A program made the translations under genes and the position numbers. The notes under the pieces are model-generated. The model was not told the origin of the DNA. It did no database searches and worked only from the letters and a program-made list of their open reading frames with translations. From an uncultured Christensenellaceae bacterium (GTDB lineage Bacteria > Bacillota > Clostridia > Christensenellales > Christensenellaceae), in contig CAJUPM010000001.1 in the NCBI GenBank assembly GCA_910588425.1, forward strand, positions 162,827 through 202,826: 40,000 nucleotides of DNA, read 5' to 3'. This document shows, one piece after another, positions 15,942-23,605 of this stretch (positions are counted from its first letter, which is position 1; the number at the start of each line of letters is the position of its first letter).

Positions 15942-16470
15942 ATCCTGGTCCGGGCTGAAAAAACAGCTGGAGCAGTTTTTGTGCGAAGAGTTTCGGGGCA
16001 GAATCACCTATTTTCTGGCAAGATATCATCAGGTACATAACTCGTATGGCAGGGCGGCGATCCGTTTGGATGGAAATGAGTTGGTCTGTTTTTCCTGGAT
16101 TGAGATGTATCAGCAGGATGCGGATCTCGGCTTGCAGTGGCGGGAGAGCGGAGCATATGATGAGAAAACGCTCAAAGAGAAGTGGGATCGCGAAAAGACC
16201 TATCACGACCTGGATTTTCTGGATGCGGCTTTGCAGTTCTCCGGAATGTCGATTGCCCAGGCGCTGGGAAGCGAAAACTACATCATAAAAATTTTTGCAG
16301 TTTTGGATGGAAGGGTGGGAAAGCGGAAGCTGGCAGAGATCGCCCGGCGCAGGGAATATGCGGCATACCCGGATTGGGTGCGGCAGTTTTACGAGCTGCG
16401 CCTGAACGCTCTGTGTTCGCATTCAGACAGGAAGATGACGAGCATCACAGAAAAAGAGCAGAGCATTTGA
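15928..16470 (+). CDS. conserved hypothetical protein (180 aa), unknown function
   Basis: It overlaps maf by 14 nt, with GGAGAG upstream. The pattern WSGLKKQLEQFLC...GRVGKRKL...FYELRL recalls, from memory only, the small Firmicute family labelled SF0329. This is unverified. Confidence 0.6.
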   Translation: MGHYKSWSGLKKQLEQFLCEEFRGRITYFLARYHQVHNSYGRAAIRLDGNELVCFSWIEMYQQDADLGLQWRESGAYDEKTLKEKWDREKTYHDLDFLDAALQFSGMSIAQALGSENYIIKIFAVLDGRVGKRKLAEIARRREYAAYPDWVRQFYELRLNALCSHSDRKMTSITEKEQSI

Positions 16471-16596
16471 AAAGAGCCAACGCCATAGAAAGGCGGCCCT
16501 TTTTTGTGCATACTATCCCGGCCTTGTGGCATATATGTGTATAGAAACTCCAGAATATGGAAAAGATAGTTTCATATTCTGACAGGAGGAAAAGCA

Positions 16597-17574
16597 ATGA
16601 GCAGTTTATTCACACAGGCGCTGGGCGTGGATTTTGGGACGACAAACCTCTCGATTAGCGACGGGCAGCGGGGCACGCTTTTAAGAGAGCCCTCGGTTGC
16701 GGCCATCAGCGCAGTTTCGGGAGAACTTTTGGCAGTGGGCGAGGCAGCCAGTATGCTGATTCGCCAAACACCCGGGGAAGTTGTGGCGACATATCCCGTA
16801 AGCAGCGGATGCATTTTAGATTATCAGGTTGCCCGCCGCATGCTCAAGTTTTTTCTGCGGCGCATGCGCAAGAACAGGCATATGGCTTATGGCACAAAAG
16901 TGGTCATGTGCGCCAGGCCGGGCGTGGGCGGCAGTGAAAAAATGGCGATGGAGGAAGCCGCGCGCTATGCCGGGGCCAAGGAAGTTTCGCTCATCGAGGA
17001 GCCGATTGCCGTGGGCATAGGCGCGGGGCTGAACGTCTTTGAGCCCAGAGGGCGCATGATCATCGAGCTGGGCGCCGGGGAGGGCTGCGCTTCGGTGGTC
17101 TCGCTGGGCGGCGTAGTTGAATCCCAGCCCATCCCCACGGGCGGCAGCTATATGAACCAGTGCATTGCGGATTACTTGCTCTCTGCCTATGGTGTGCATA
17201 TCGGGGATACGGCTGCCGAGGCCATCAAGCTCTCCTACAGTGAGCATGAGGGAGAGATGAGCGCGCTGGGCCGAGGAGAGAAGAGCGGGCTTCCGGAGGA
17301 AATCCATTTTCGCCCCTCGGAGATCGAGCAGGCGCTGATGCCCGTCAGAGAGAAGATACTGGAATGCGTCATCCATCTATTCCAAAAGACGCCGCCTGAG
17401 CTGGTGGCGGATATCAGCGAGGAGGGCATTCTGCTTTCGGGCGGATCTTCCCTGATGCCGGGGCTGGCAGATTTTATCGGGCAGAGCACGGGCGTGCCGG
17501 CCCGGCTGGCAGAGCATCCCTTTTCTGCGCCCTGCCAGGGCGCGGGCATGGCAGCGCAGATGCGGAATTGTTAA
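16597..17574 (+). CDS. mreB: MreB-like actin-fold protein (divergent paralog)
   Basis: It is collinear with MreB: GVDFGTTNL (phosphate 1), REPSVAAI, LIEEPIAVGIGAGL, LSGGSSLM. The phosphate-2 loop reads IIELGAGEGCASV instead of VVDIGGGTTEVAV. AGGAGG lies upstream. Confidence 0.75.
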   Translation: MSSLFTQALGVDFGTTNLSISDGQRGTLLREPSVAAISAVSGELLAVGEAASMLIRQTPGEVVATYPVSSGCILDYQVARRMLKFFLRRMRKNRHMAYGTKVVMCARPGVGGSEKMAMEEAARYAGAKEVSLIEEPIAVGIGAGLNVFEPRGRMIIELGAGEGCASVVSLGGVVESQPIPTGGSYMNQCIADYLLSAYGVHIGDTAAEAIKLSYSEHEGEMSALGRGEKSGLPEEIHFRPSEIEQALMPVREKILECVIHLFQKTPPELVADISEEGILLSGGSSLMPGLADFIGQSTGVPARLAEHPFSAPCQGAGMAAQMRNC

Positions 17575-17621
17575 TAAATTTTGACGAGCCTTTTAAAAAG
17601 AAAGACAACTGTGATATAATG

Positions 17622-17661
17622 AAGGCACCGGCCGGGCGTTTCCCCGGCAGGTGCCTTTTTT
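17622..17661 (+). terminator. strong rho-independent terminator after the mreB-like gene
   Basis: AAGGCACCGGCCGGG-CGTTTC-CCCGGCAGGTGCCTT followed by TTTTTT. Confidence 0.8.
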
Positions 17662-17743
17662 GCCGACAGGTTTTTGCCGGCCTTTGAATAAAGCAGTTGA
17701 TTTTCGCGCGCTTTTGGGCGCATTGTTTTAAAGGAGTCGTTTG

Positions 17744-18580
17744 ATGGGGTTTTGGAAAAACCGTCCGCTGATCATAGCAGTCATTTTCTGCATTATTTTA
17801 TTCGTTTTGTTGCTTTCGACCTCTGGCAATACGCAAAGCGGCGGTGCCAGCAGCGCCATGGGCAGGATGCTTGCACCGGTTCAGCGCTTTTTGTATTCCA
17901 GCACGGAGAGCATCGGGGATTTCTTTGCCGGCCTCTCCAAAAACGGCACGCTGAAAGAGGAGAACGCAGCGCTCAAAGAGCAGGTCGCCGAGATGGAGAG
18001 CGAACTGCGCGATTATGAAAACCTGCGCCAGGAGAATGAGCGCCTCAAAGACCTGCTGGGCGTGGTGGATTCCTATGGGGATTACGAGAGGCTGACGGCG
18101 CGGGTGATCGGAAAAAGCCCGGGCGCCTGGTTCGACGAGTTCACCATCAATGCCGGCGAGAAGCAGGGCGTCCAGAAGGGCATGATCGTCTATACGGCGG
18201 ATGGCCTGCTGGGCAAAGTGGTCTATACTTCGGCGACGTATTCCCGCGTCATCTCGCTGATTCATGATAAGAGCGGCGTTTCTGCCATGGTGGAGCGCAC
18301 CCGGGATAACGGCGTCATCAAAGTGGCGGAAAACGGGGAAGAGCCCAGCGATTTGCAGCTTTTCTACCTCTCCATGAACAGCGACGTCAAGCCGGGGGAC
18401 AAGATCATCACGTCCGGCATCGGCGGAGTCTACCCCAAGGGCATTCCCATTGCGCAGGTAACCGAGGTCAGCACGGATTCTTCCAGCGAGAAGGTCGTCA
18501 TCGCAAGAAGCAATGTGGATTTTGAGCATGTGGAGGAAGTTGTGGTCATTTTGCAGCTGTTTGAAGAGGTGCCGCAATGA
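17744..18580 (+). CDS. mreC: rod shape-determining protein MreC
   Basis: N-terminal TM helix, coiled coil (LKEENAALKEQVAEMESELRDYENLRQENERLKDLLG) and a C-terminal beta domain. AAGGAG lies 7 nt upstream of ATG 17744. Confidence 0.9.
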   Translation: MGFWKNRPLIIAVIFCIILFVLLLSTSGNTQSGGASSAMGRMLAPVQRFLYSSTESIGDFFAGLSKNGTLKEENAALKEQVAEMESELRDYENLRQENERLKDLLGVVDSYGDYERLTARVIGKSPGAWFDEFTINAGEKQGVQKGMIVYTADGLLGKVVYTSATYSRVISLIHDKSGVSAMVERTRDNGVIKVAENGEEPSDLQLFYLSMNSDVKPGDKIITSGIGGVYPKGIPIAQVTEVSTDSSSEKVVIARSNVDFEHVEEVVVILQLFEEVPQ

Positions 18581-19098
18581 GATACCTTGCTCTTAGCCTC
18601 ACGCTCGCGCTCTCTTTGTTCCTCAACGGCGTGGTGTTTGTGCAGTACCCCATTTTTGGCATTCAGCCGGATTTTATGCTCTGCTGCATGGTCTGCATGG
18701 CGCTCAGGGAGCGCACGCTCACGCCCGTGTTCTATTTCGCTGCTGGCGGAATCGTTTTCGATGTGCTTTTTTCCGCGGGGCTGGGCTTTTATGCGCTGCA
18801 ATACTTGATTGTGGGCATTCTGGTTTATCTGTTTGCCGCGGCCAGAGGGGAAAACGATCTGCGCCTTGTCCCCATTGCCGGCGCGGCGGCGCTGCTTGTA
18901 AAAGATATTCTGGCATATTTCCTGTGCCTGTTTCTGGGAAGAAGCATGGATTTCGGCAAGCGGTTTCTAACCCAAACCCTGCCCGGCGCGCTGATGGCAG
19001 CGCTGCTTTGCTTTGGGCTGTATTTTTTGTTTGAGCGGCTGTATTCCTTTCGCTTTATGGGGACAAACGCAGATTTGCCCCGCAAAGACGAGCTTTAA
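18577..19098 (+). CDS. mreD: rod shape-determining protein MreD
   Basis: ATGA overlap with mreC. Small polytopic membrane protein at the canonical position. Confidence 0.8.
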   Translation: MRYLALSLTLALSLFLNGVVFVQYPIFGIQPDFMLCCMVCMALRERTLTPVFYFAAGGIVFDVLFSAGLGFYALQYLIVGILVYLFAAARGENDLRLVPIAGAAALLVKDILAYFLCLFLGRSMDFGKRFLTQTLPGALMAALLCFGLYFLFERLYSFRFMGTNADLPRKDEL

Positions 19099-19112
19099 GG
19101 GGGAGGCGTGCG

Positions 19113-21602
19113 ATGTTTTTAAAGTTTAAGAGCAGATATATTGCGGCGCTTTGTGCTTTGGTTGCGCTGTTTTTGTTTTTGGGGGTCAACCTGTTTTCGC
19201 TCACGGTAACACATGCGGATCAGTATGCCAGCGCGACGCGGACCAACTCCGAGCGCTCGGTTGCCGTCAAAGGCGCCCGGGGGACGATTATGGATAGCTC
19301 GGGCGTGCCCCTGGCATACGACGTGGGCAGCTATAACGTAGCCTTCTACCGCGATCCGGCCAACAACGCCTCCAGCGACCGCGCCAATTACACCCGCATT
19401 CTCATGAAAGCCATCGAAGTGATCGAGAGCCATGGGGGCAGCACCATTGATACCTTCCTCATTCGCAAAAATGAGGAGGGCGTGTTTGAATACGATCTGG
19501 ACGGCCTGACGGACGAGCAGCGCCAAAAGCGCATTGAAAACTGGTGCGCCAATATGCAGATCACGGATCCCGAGGCATCGCCTGAACAGCTCTATTATGA
19601 GATGCGCACGCGGTTCCGCATCCCCGAAGATGTGAATTATGAGCAGGCGGTCAAGCTGCTCTCCATCTGGCAGGAAGTCCAGAACATGATGTATAAATCC
19701 TATATCCCGGTAACCATCGCCTATAATGTGGATTTTGAGACGGTCTCCGAGCTGGAGACCCGGGCGGTGGAGCTGGAAGGGATTCAGATAGAGCAGAGCT
19801 ACACCCGGGTTTATCCCAAAAAATCCACTGCCGCGCATATCATCGGCTATCTGGGCCGCATCACGGATTTGGACGAGCTGGCCGAAAAAGAGGCCCAGGG
19901 CTATTCCGCGGAGGATCTGGTGGGCAAAGTCGGCATCGAGGCCACGATGGAGCAGTATCTCTCGGGCGCGACCCAGGAAAAGCAGGGCAAGCGCAGGCTG
20001 GAGCTGGATGCCTCGGGGAGCGTGATTGGGCAAACCGGCTATGAAGCGCCCAGGCAGGGGGACAGCGTCGTCCTTACCATCGATCTGAAGCTGCAGGAGC
20101 TGGTGGAGCGCGAGCTGGAAGCCAATATCAAGCAGGATTACCAGGAGCAGCTGCAAATGTATCAAGAGGGCCGGGCAGATACGCCGACCAAAGAGGGATA
20201 CGACAGCAAGCTGGCCAAGCGCTCCAAAAAGGAGATTAATTTCATCAAATCCGGGGCGGCCATCGTCATGGAAGTTAAGACGGGCAGAGTCCTGGCGCTG
20301 GCTTCTTATCCAAGCTACGACCTCAACCTGTTTACCGGCGGCATTTCGGATGAGGATTTTAATGCGCTGCTCAACGATCCCGCGGCGCCGCTTTTCAATA
20401 ACGCCATCTCCTCCGTCTCTACGCCGGGCTCCATCTTCAAGATGGCGACGGCAGTGGCCGGCCTGATGGAAGGGGAGATCACCGTCAATACTGTGATAGA
20501 CGACGTCGGCCCTTATAACAAATACGTCAAGGAAGGCGCGCGGGCGCCGGAATGCTGGGTTTCGCCCAACTTTTCGCACCACGCCGGAGGCCAAAACGTC
20601 ATTTTGGCGCTGAAAAACAGCTGCAACTACTTCTTCTTCGAAGTGGCAGATCGACTGGGCATCGACAGGCTGATGAAGTGGACAGATAATCTCGGGCTGA
20701 CCAGCAAGACGAATATCGAGCTGACCAGCGAGGCCGTCGGCTGGATTGGCCACCAGAAGATTCTATACGATCCCGAGCTGCCCATCGACGGCCAACGGAC
20801 GTATAAGCCGACTATCGTCTACAACCGCATCTATGAGCAGCTGCAAACCTATGGCGAGGCCCGGGGCGTTACCTACAGCGAGGCGCAGCTCAAGCTGGCA
20901 TCCGCCAGCCTGGTGGATCTGGCAAGGCTGGGGCGGCTGGATATCGGCCCGGAAATCCGCCAGGTTTTGAGCGATACGCTGGATATTCCGCAGAACGTTT
21001 CGCTCAGCCGGGGCTGGACCAACGACATCTTAAACTGGCTGCGCGAGCTCATCTGGACTTCTACGGATACCGTTACCCAGGGCATCGGCGTTACGCCCAC
21101 GCAGCTGACGCCCATCGCAGTCGCGCGCTATCTCTGCGCACTGGGCAACGGCGGGAAGGTGTATGACGCGCATATTGTAGAGCAGATCATCGACAGCCAG
21201 GGTAACGTCGTGAAAAATTTTGAGCCGACCCTTGTGCGGGATCTGGAGCTGCCCCAGAGCGTGAAGAAGGCCATCATGCAGGGCATGGAGCAGGTTGTCT
21301 CGGCGGAGGACGGAGGCACGGCAGGCGCTGCCTTTGTCAACTTTGCCTATAAGGATCAGATTGTAGGCAAGACGGGCACAGCGCCGATTTCCACCATCGA
21401 TTTGGAGGATAACATCTGGCTCTGTCTGCTGGCACCAAAGGACGACCCGGAAATCGCGGTTGTGGTGTTTTTGCCCAACGGCCTTTCCAAATCCAAGGCG
21501 TATCCGACGGCAAAAGCCATCATCAGCTATTATTTTGAATCCAAGGCACAGCAGGATCCCAGCGCATCGCCCTCGCCTTCGGAAGGGACACTGCTGGAAT
21601 AG
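19113..21602 (+). CDS. mrdA: penicillin-binding protein 2 (class B transpeptidase), 829 aa
   Basis: N-terminal anchor and the three transpeptidase motifs: SxxK (S440-I-F-K443), SxN (S503-C-N505) and KTG (K753-T-G). It follows mreCD. Confidence 0.9.
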   Translation: MFLKFKSRYIAALCALVALFLFLGVNLFSLTVTHADQYASATRTNSERSVAVKGARGTIMDSSGVPLAYDVGSYNVAFYRDPANNASSDRANYTRILMKAIEVIESHGGSTIDTFLIRKNEEGVFEYDLDGLTDEQRQKRIENWCANMQITDPEASPEQLYYEMRTRFRIPEDVNYEQAVKLLSIWQEVQNMMYKSYIPVTIAYNVDFETVSELETRAVELEGIQIEQSYTRVYPKKSTAAHIIGYLGRITDLDELAEKEAQGYSAEDLVGKVGIEATMEQYLSGATQEKQGKRRLELDASGSVIGQTGYEAPRQGDSVVLTIDLKLQELVERELEANIKQDYQEQLQMYQEGRADTPTKEGYDSKLAKRSKKEINFIKSGAAIVMEVKTGRVLALASYPSYDLNLFTGGISDEDFNALLNDPAAPLFNNAISSVSTPGSIFKMATAVAGLMEGEITVNTVIDDVGPYNKYVKEGARAPECWVSPNFSHHAGGQNVILALKNSCNYFFFEVADRLGIDRLMKWTDNLGLTSKTNIELTSEAVGWIGHQKILYDPELPIDGQRTYKPTIVYNRIYEQLQTYGEARGVTYSEAQLKLASASLVDLARLGRLDIGPEIRQVLSDTLDIPQNVSLSRGWTNDILNWLRELIWTSTDTVTQGIGVTPTQLTPIAVARYLCALGNGGKVYDAHIVEQIIDSQGNVVKNFEPTLVRDLELPQSVKKAIMQGMEQVVSAEDGGTAGAAFVNFAYKDQIVGKTGTAPISTIDLEDNIWLCLLAPKDDPEIAVVVFLPNGLSKSKAYPTAKAIISYYFESKAQQDPSASPSPSEGTLLE

Positions 21603-21637
21603 CCGCGGCAATTTCTGCCAAAATGCGCGCAAAAGAA

Positions 21638-21666
21638 TTGCAGTCTGCGCGCATTTCGGTTATAAT
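21638..21666 (+). promoter_or_regulatory. sigma-A promoter of minCDE
   Basis: TTGCAG (21638-21643), 17-nt spacer, TATAAT (21661-21666). Confidence 0.55.
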
Positions 21667-21702
21667 AAATAGGATTTACAGGGATTTCAACTGGGAGAAA
21701 TT

Positions 21703-22368
21703 ATGATAACGCTCAAAAGCACACAAGAGGGATTGGAATTTTGGATTTCCGATGCAGATTCCTATCCTAAAATTAAAAAAGAGCTCGAGGATACTCTTGG
21801 CGCAAACCGGGAATTTTACCGCGGCACGCATCTTCCGGCCAATTTCTTTGGGTGGGAGTTTACCGATCTGCAAAAGCGGGAGCTTTCGGCGTTTTTAGGC
21901 CGGGAATACGGCATATACCGCGTGCATTTTTCGGATGACGAATCGCCGGATCAGATGCCGGAGCAGCCCAAAAGGCGCGGCCGCCGTGCAGCTGCCCGGG
22001 CAGAGGAAAAGGCGCCGGAGCCGGAAGCTGCTTTCATGGAGCGCAGAGACGGCAGCATGTTTCTGCCAAAGACCATCCGCAGCGGACAGCGGATCGAATG
22101 CCAGGGGGATGTTGTGGTTGTGGGCGATGTGAACCCGGGGGCGGAGATCATCGCGACGGGCAATATCGCGGTATTCGGCAAGCTGCGCGGGCTGGCTCAT
22201 GCTGGCGCATCCGGCCGCCAGGATGTGATCATCGTGGCGAACTACCTGGTTCCGCAGCAGATTCGGATTGGCGGGAAAATTGCCATCATCCCCAAAAACC
22301 GGCGCATTGACGGGCCGGAAATCGTGAAAATTTTAGACGGAAAAATCGTAGTGGATTCTTTGGCTTAG
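21703..22368 (+). CDS. minC: septum site-determining protein MinC
   Basis: C-terminal beta-helix motif (RSGQRIECQGDVVVVGDVNPGAEIIATGNIAVFGKLRGLAHAG). It lies upstream of minD. Confidence 0.9.
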   Translation: MITLKSTQEGLEFWISDADSYPKIKKELEDTLGANREFYRGTHLPANFFGWEFTDLQKRELSAFLGREYGIYRVHFSDDESPDQMPEQPKRRGRRAAARAEEKAPEPEAAFMERRDGSMFLPKTIRSGQRIECQGDVVVVGDVNPGAEIIATGNIAVFGKLRGLAHAGASGRQDVIIVANYLVPQQIRIGGKIAIIPKNRRIDGPEIVKILDGKIVVDSLA

Positions 22369-22392
22369 AGCATATTGGAGGAAAGAGAGCAT

Positions 22393-23190
22393 ATGAACAA
22401 CGTAATCGTAGTAACATCCGGCAAAGGCGGCGTCGGCAAGACGACGACTTCGGCGAATATCGGCGTGGGGCTTGCGCGGCTGGGCAAGCGCGTTGTGCTG
22501 ATGGATACGGATATTGGCCTGAGAAACCTGGACGTCGTTCTGGGGCTGGAAAATAGAATCGTCTATGACTTGGTGGATGTTGTCAGCGGGACATGCCGCC
22601 TCAAGCAGGCGCTGATCAAAGATAAGCGCTATGACGGCCTCTATCTGCTGCCGGCCGCGCAGACCAAAGATAAAAACGCCATCACGCCGGAGCAATCCAA
22701 GGCGCTGGTGGAGGAGCTGGAAAAGGAATTTGACTATGTGATCATCGACTGCCCGGCAGGCATTGAGCGCGGCTTCCAGAACGCGATCGCCGGGGCAAAG
22801 AGCGCGATTGTCGTAACCGTTCCGGAGGTTTCCTCTGTGCGCGATGCAGACCGCATCATCGGCCTGCTCGGGGCGGCGGAAGTGGAGGATATGAAGCTTC
22901 TGATCAACCGTCTGCGCCCGGATTTGGTCAAAAAAGGGGATATGCTTGCCATCGACGACACGCTGGAAATCCTGGGCATCGATCTCATCGGCGTGATTCC
23001 CGAAGATGAGCTGATTTTCCGCTCCAGCAATCTGGGCGAGCCCGCCGTTACGGATGATTCCTCCAAGGCAGGCAAGGCATACCGGGAGGTTGTCGACCGC
23101 ATTTTGGGAAAAGACGTTCCCATCAGCACGCCGGAGGAGAAGACTGGCTTCTTTGGCAAAGTCCGCAAGCTGTTTGGCGGGAAGGAATAA
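22393..23190 (+). CDS. minD: septum site-determining ATPase MinD
   Basis: Deviant Walker A motif SGKGGVGKTT and a C-terminal amphipathic tail. ATG at 22393. Confidence 0.95.
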   Translation: MNNVIVVTSGKGGVGKTTTSANIGVGLARLGKRVVLMDTDIGLRNLDVVLGLENRIVYDLVDVVSGTCRLKQALIKDKRYDGLYLLPAAQTKDKNAITPEQSKALVEELEKEFDYVIIDCPAGIERGFQNAIAGAKSAIVVTVPEVSSVRDADRIIGLLGAAEVEDMKLLINRLRPDLVKKGDMLAIDDTLEILGIDLIGVIPEDELIFRSSNLGEPAVTDDSSKAGKAYREVVDRILGKDVPISTPEEKTGFFGKVRKLFGGKE

Positions 23191-23205
23191 GCGGGGGGAG
23201 CAGAG

Positions 23206-23499
23206 ATGGCAATGTTTGGTTTATTTGGAAATAAGAAAAAGACAAGCAGCTCTGTCGCCAAAGACAGGCTCAAGCTGGTTTTGATTCACGACCGCGCCGG
23301 AACTTCCTCCAACAACGAGATGATCGAGATGATGAAGCGGGATATTCTCAAAGTAATTTCGGAGTATATCGAGATCGATGAATCCGAATTCGAGCTGGAT
23401 ATCAAGACGGCAAAAGGCGGAAAGGACCGCGTGTTTTCCGAGATCGTCGCCAATATTCCCATCAAGCGGGTGCGCAAGATGGGCAAAAACAAATACTAG
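23206..23499 (+). CDS. minE: cell division topological specificity factor MinE
   Basis: N-terminus FGLFGNKKK..SSVAKDRLKLVLIHDR. 97 aa, following minD. Confidence 0.9.
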   Translation: MAMFGLFGNKKKTSSSVAKDRLKLVLIHDRAGTSSNNEMIEMMKRDILKVISEYIEIDESEFELDIKTAKGGKDRVFSEIVANIPIKRVRKMGKNKY

Positions 23500-23511
23500 C
23501 CCGATGGGCGG

Positions 23512-23540
23512 AAAAAACCGGCAGGACAGCCGGTTTTTTT
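23512..23540 (+). terminator. rho-independent terminator of minCDE
   Basis: AAAAAACCGGC-AGGACA-GCCGGTTTTTTT. Confidence 0.85.
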
Positions 23541-23547
23541 GATGCAC

Positions 23548-23587
23548 GAAAAGCCCCGCCTGCATTCCGGGCAAGCGGGGCTTTTTA
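23548..23587. terminator. second hairpin terminator, probably serving convergent rodA
   Basis: AAAAGCCCCGC ... GCGGGGCTTTTT with a 15-nt loop. There are A and T runs on both sides. Confidence 0.65.
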
Positions 23588-23605
23588 TGCAAATAGTGTG
23601 AGAGA

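Noticed and set aside
17581-17620. Promoter-like TGaTATAAT immediately upstream of the mreB terminator hairpin
   Set aside because: It would give a transcript of about 40 nt consisting only of the terminator, and it has no acceptable -35. It is most simply AT-rich sequence flanking the terminator.
19119-20753. 544-aa ORF on the minus strand
   Set aside because: It is entirely antisense to the well-supported PBP2 gene. Its composition is Arg/Gly/Ala-rich and low-complexity, as is typical of shadow ORFs in GC-rich coding DNA. It has no motifs and no SD.
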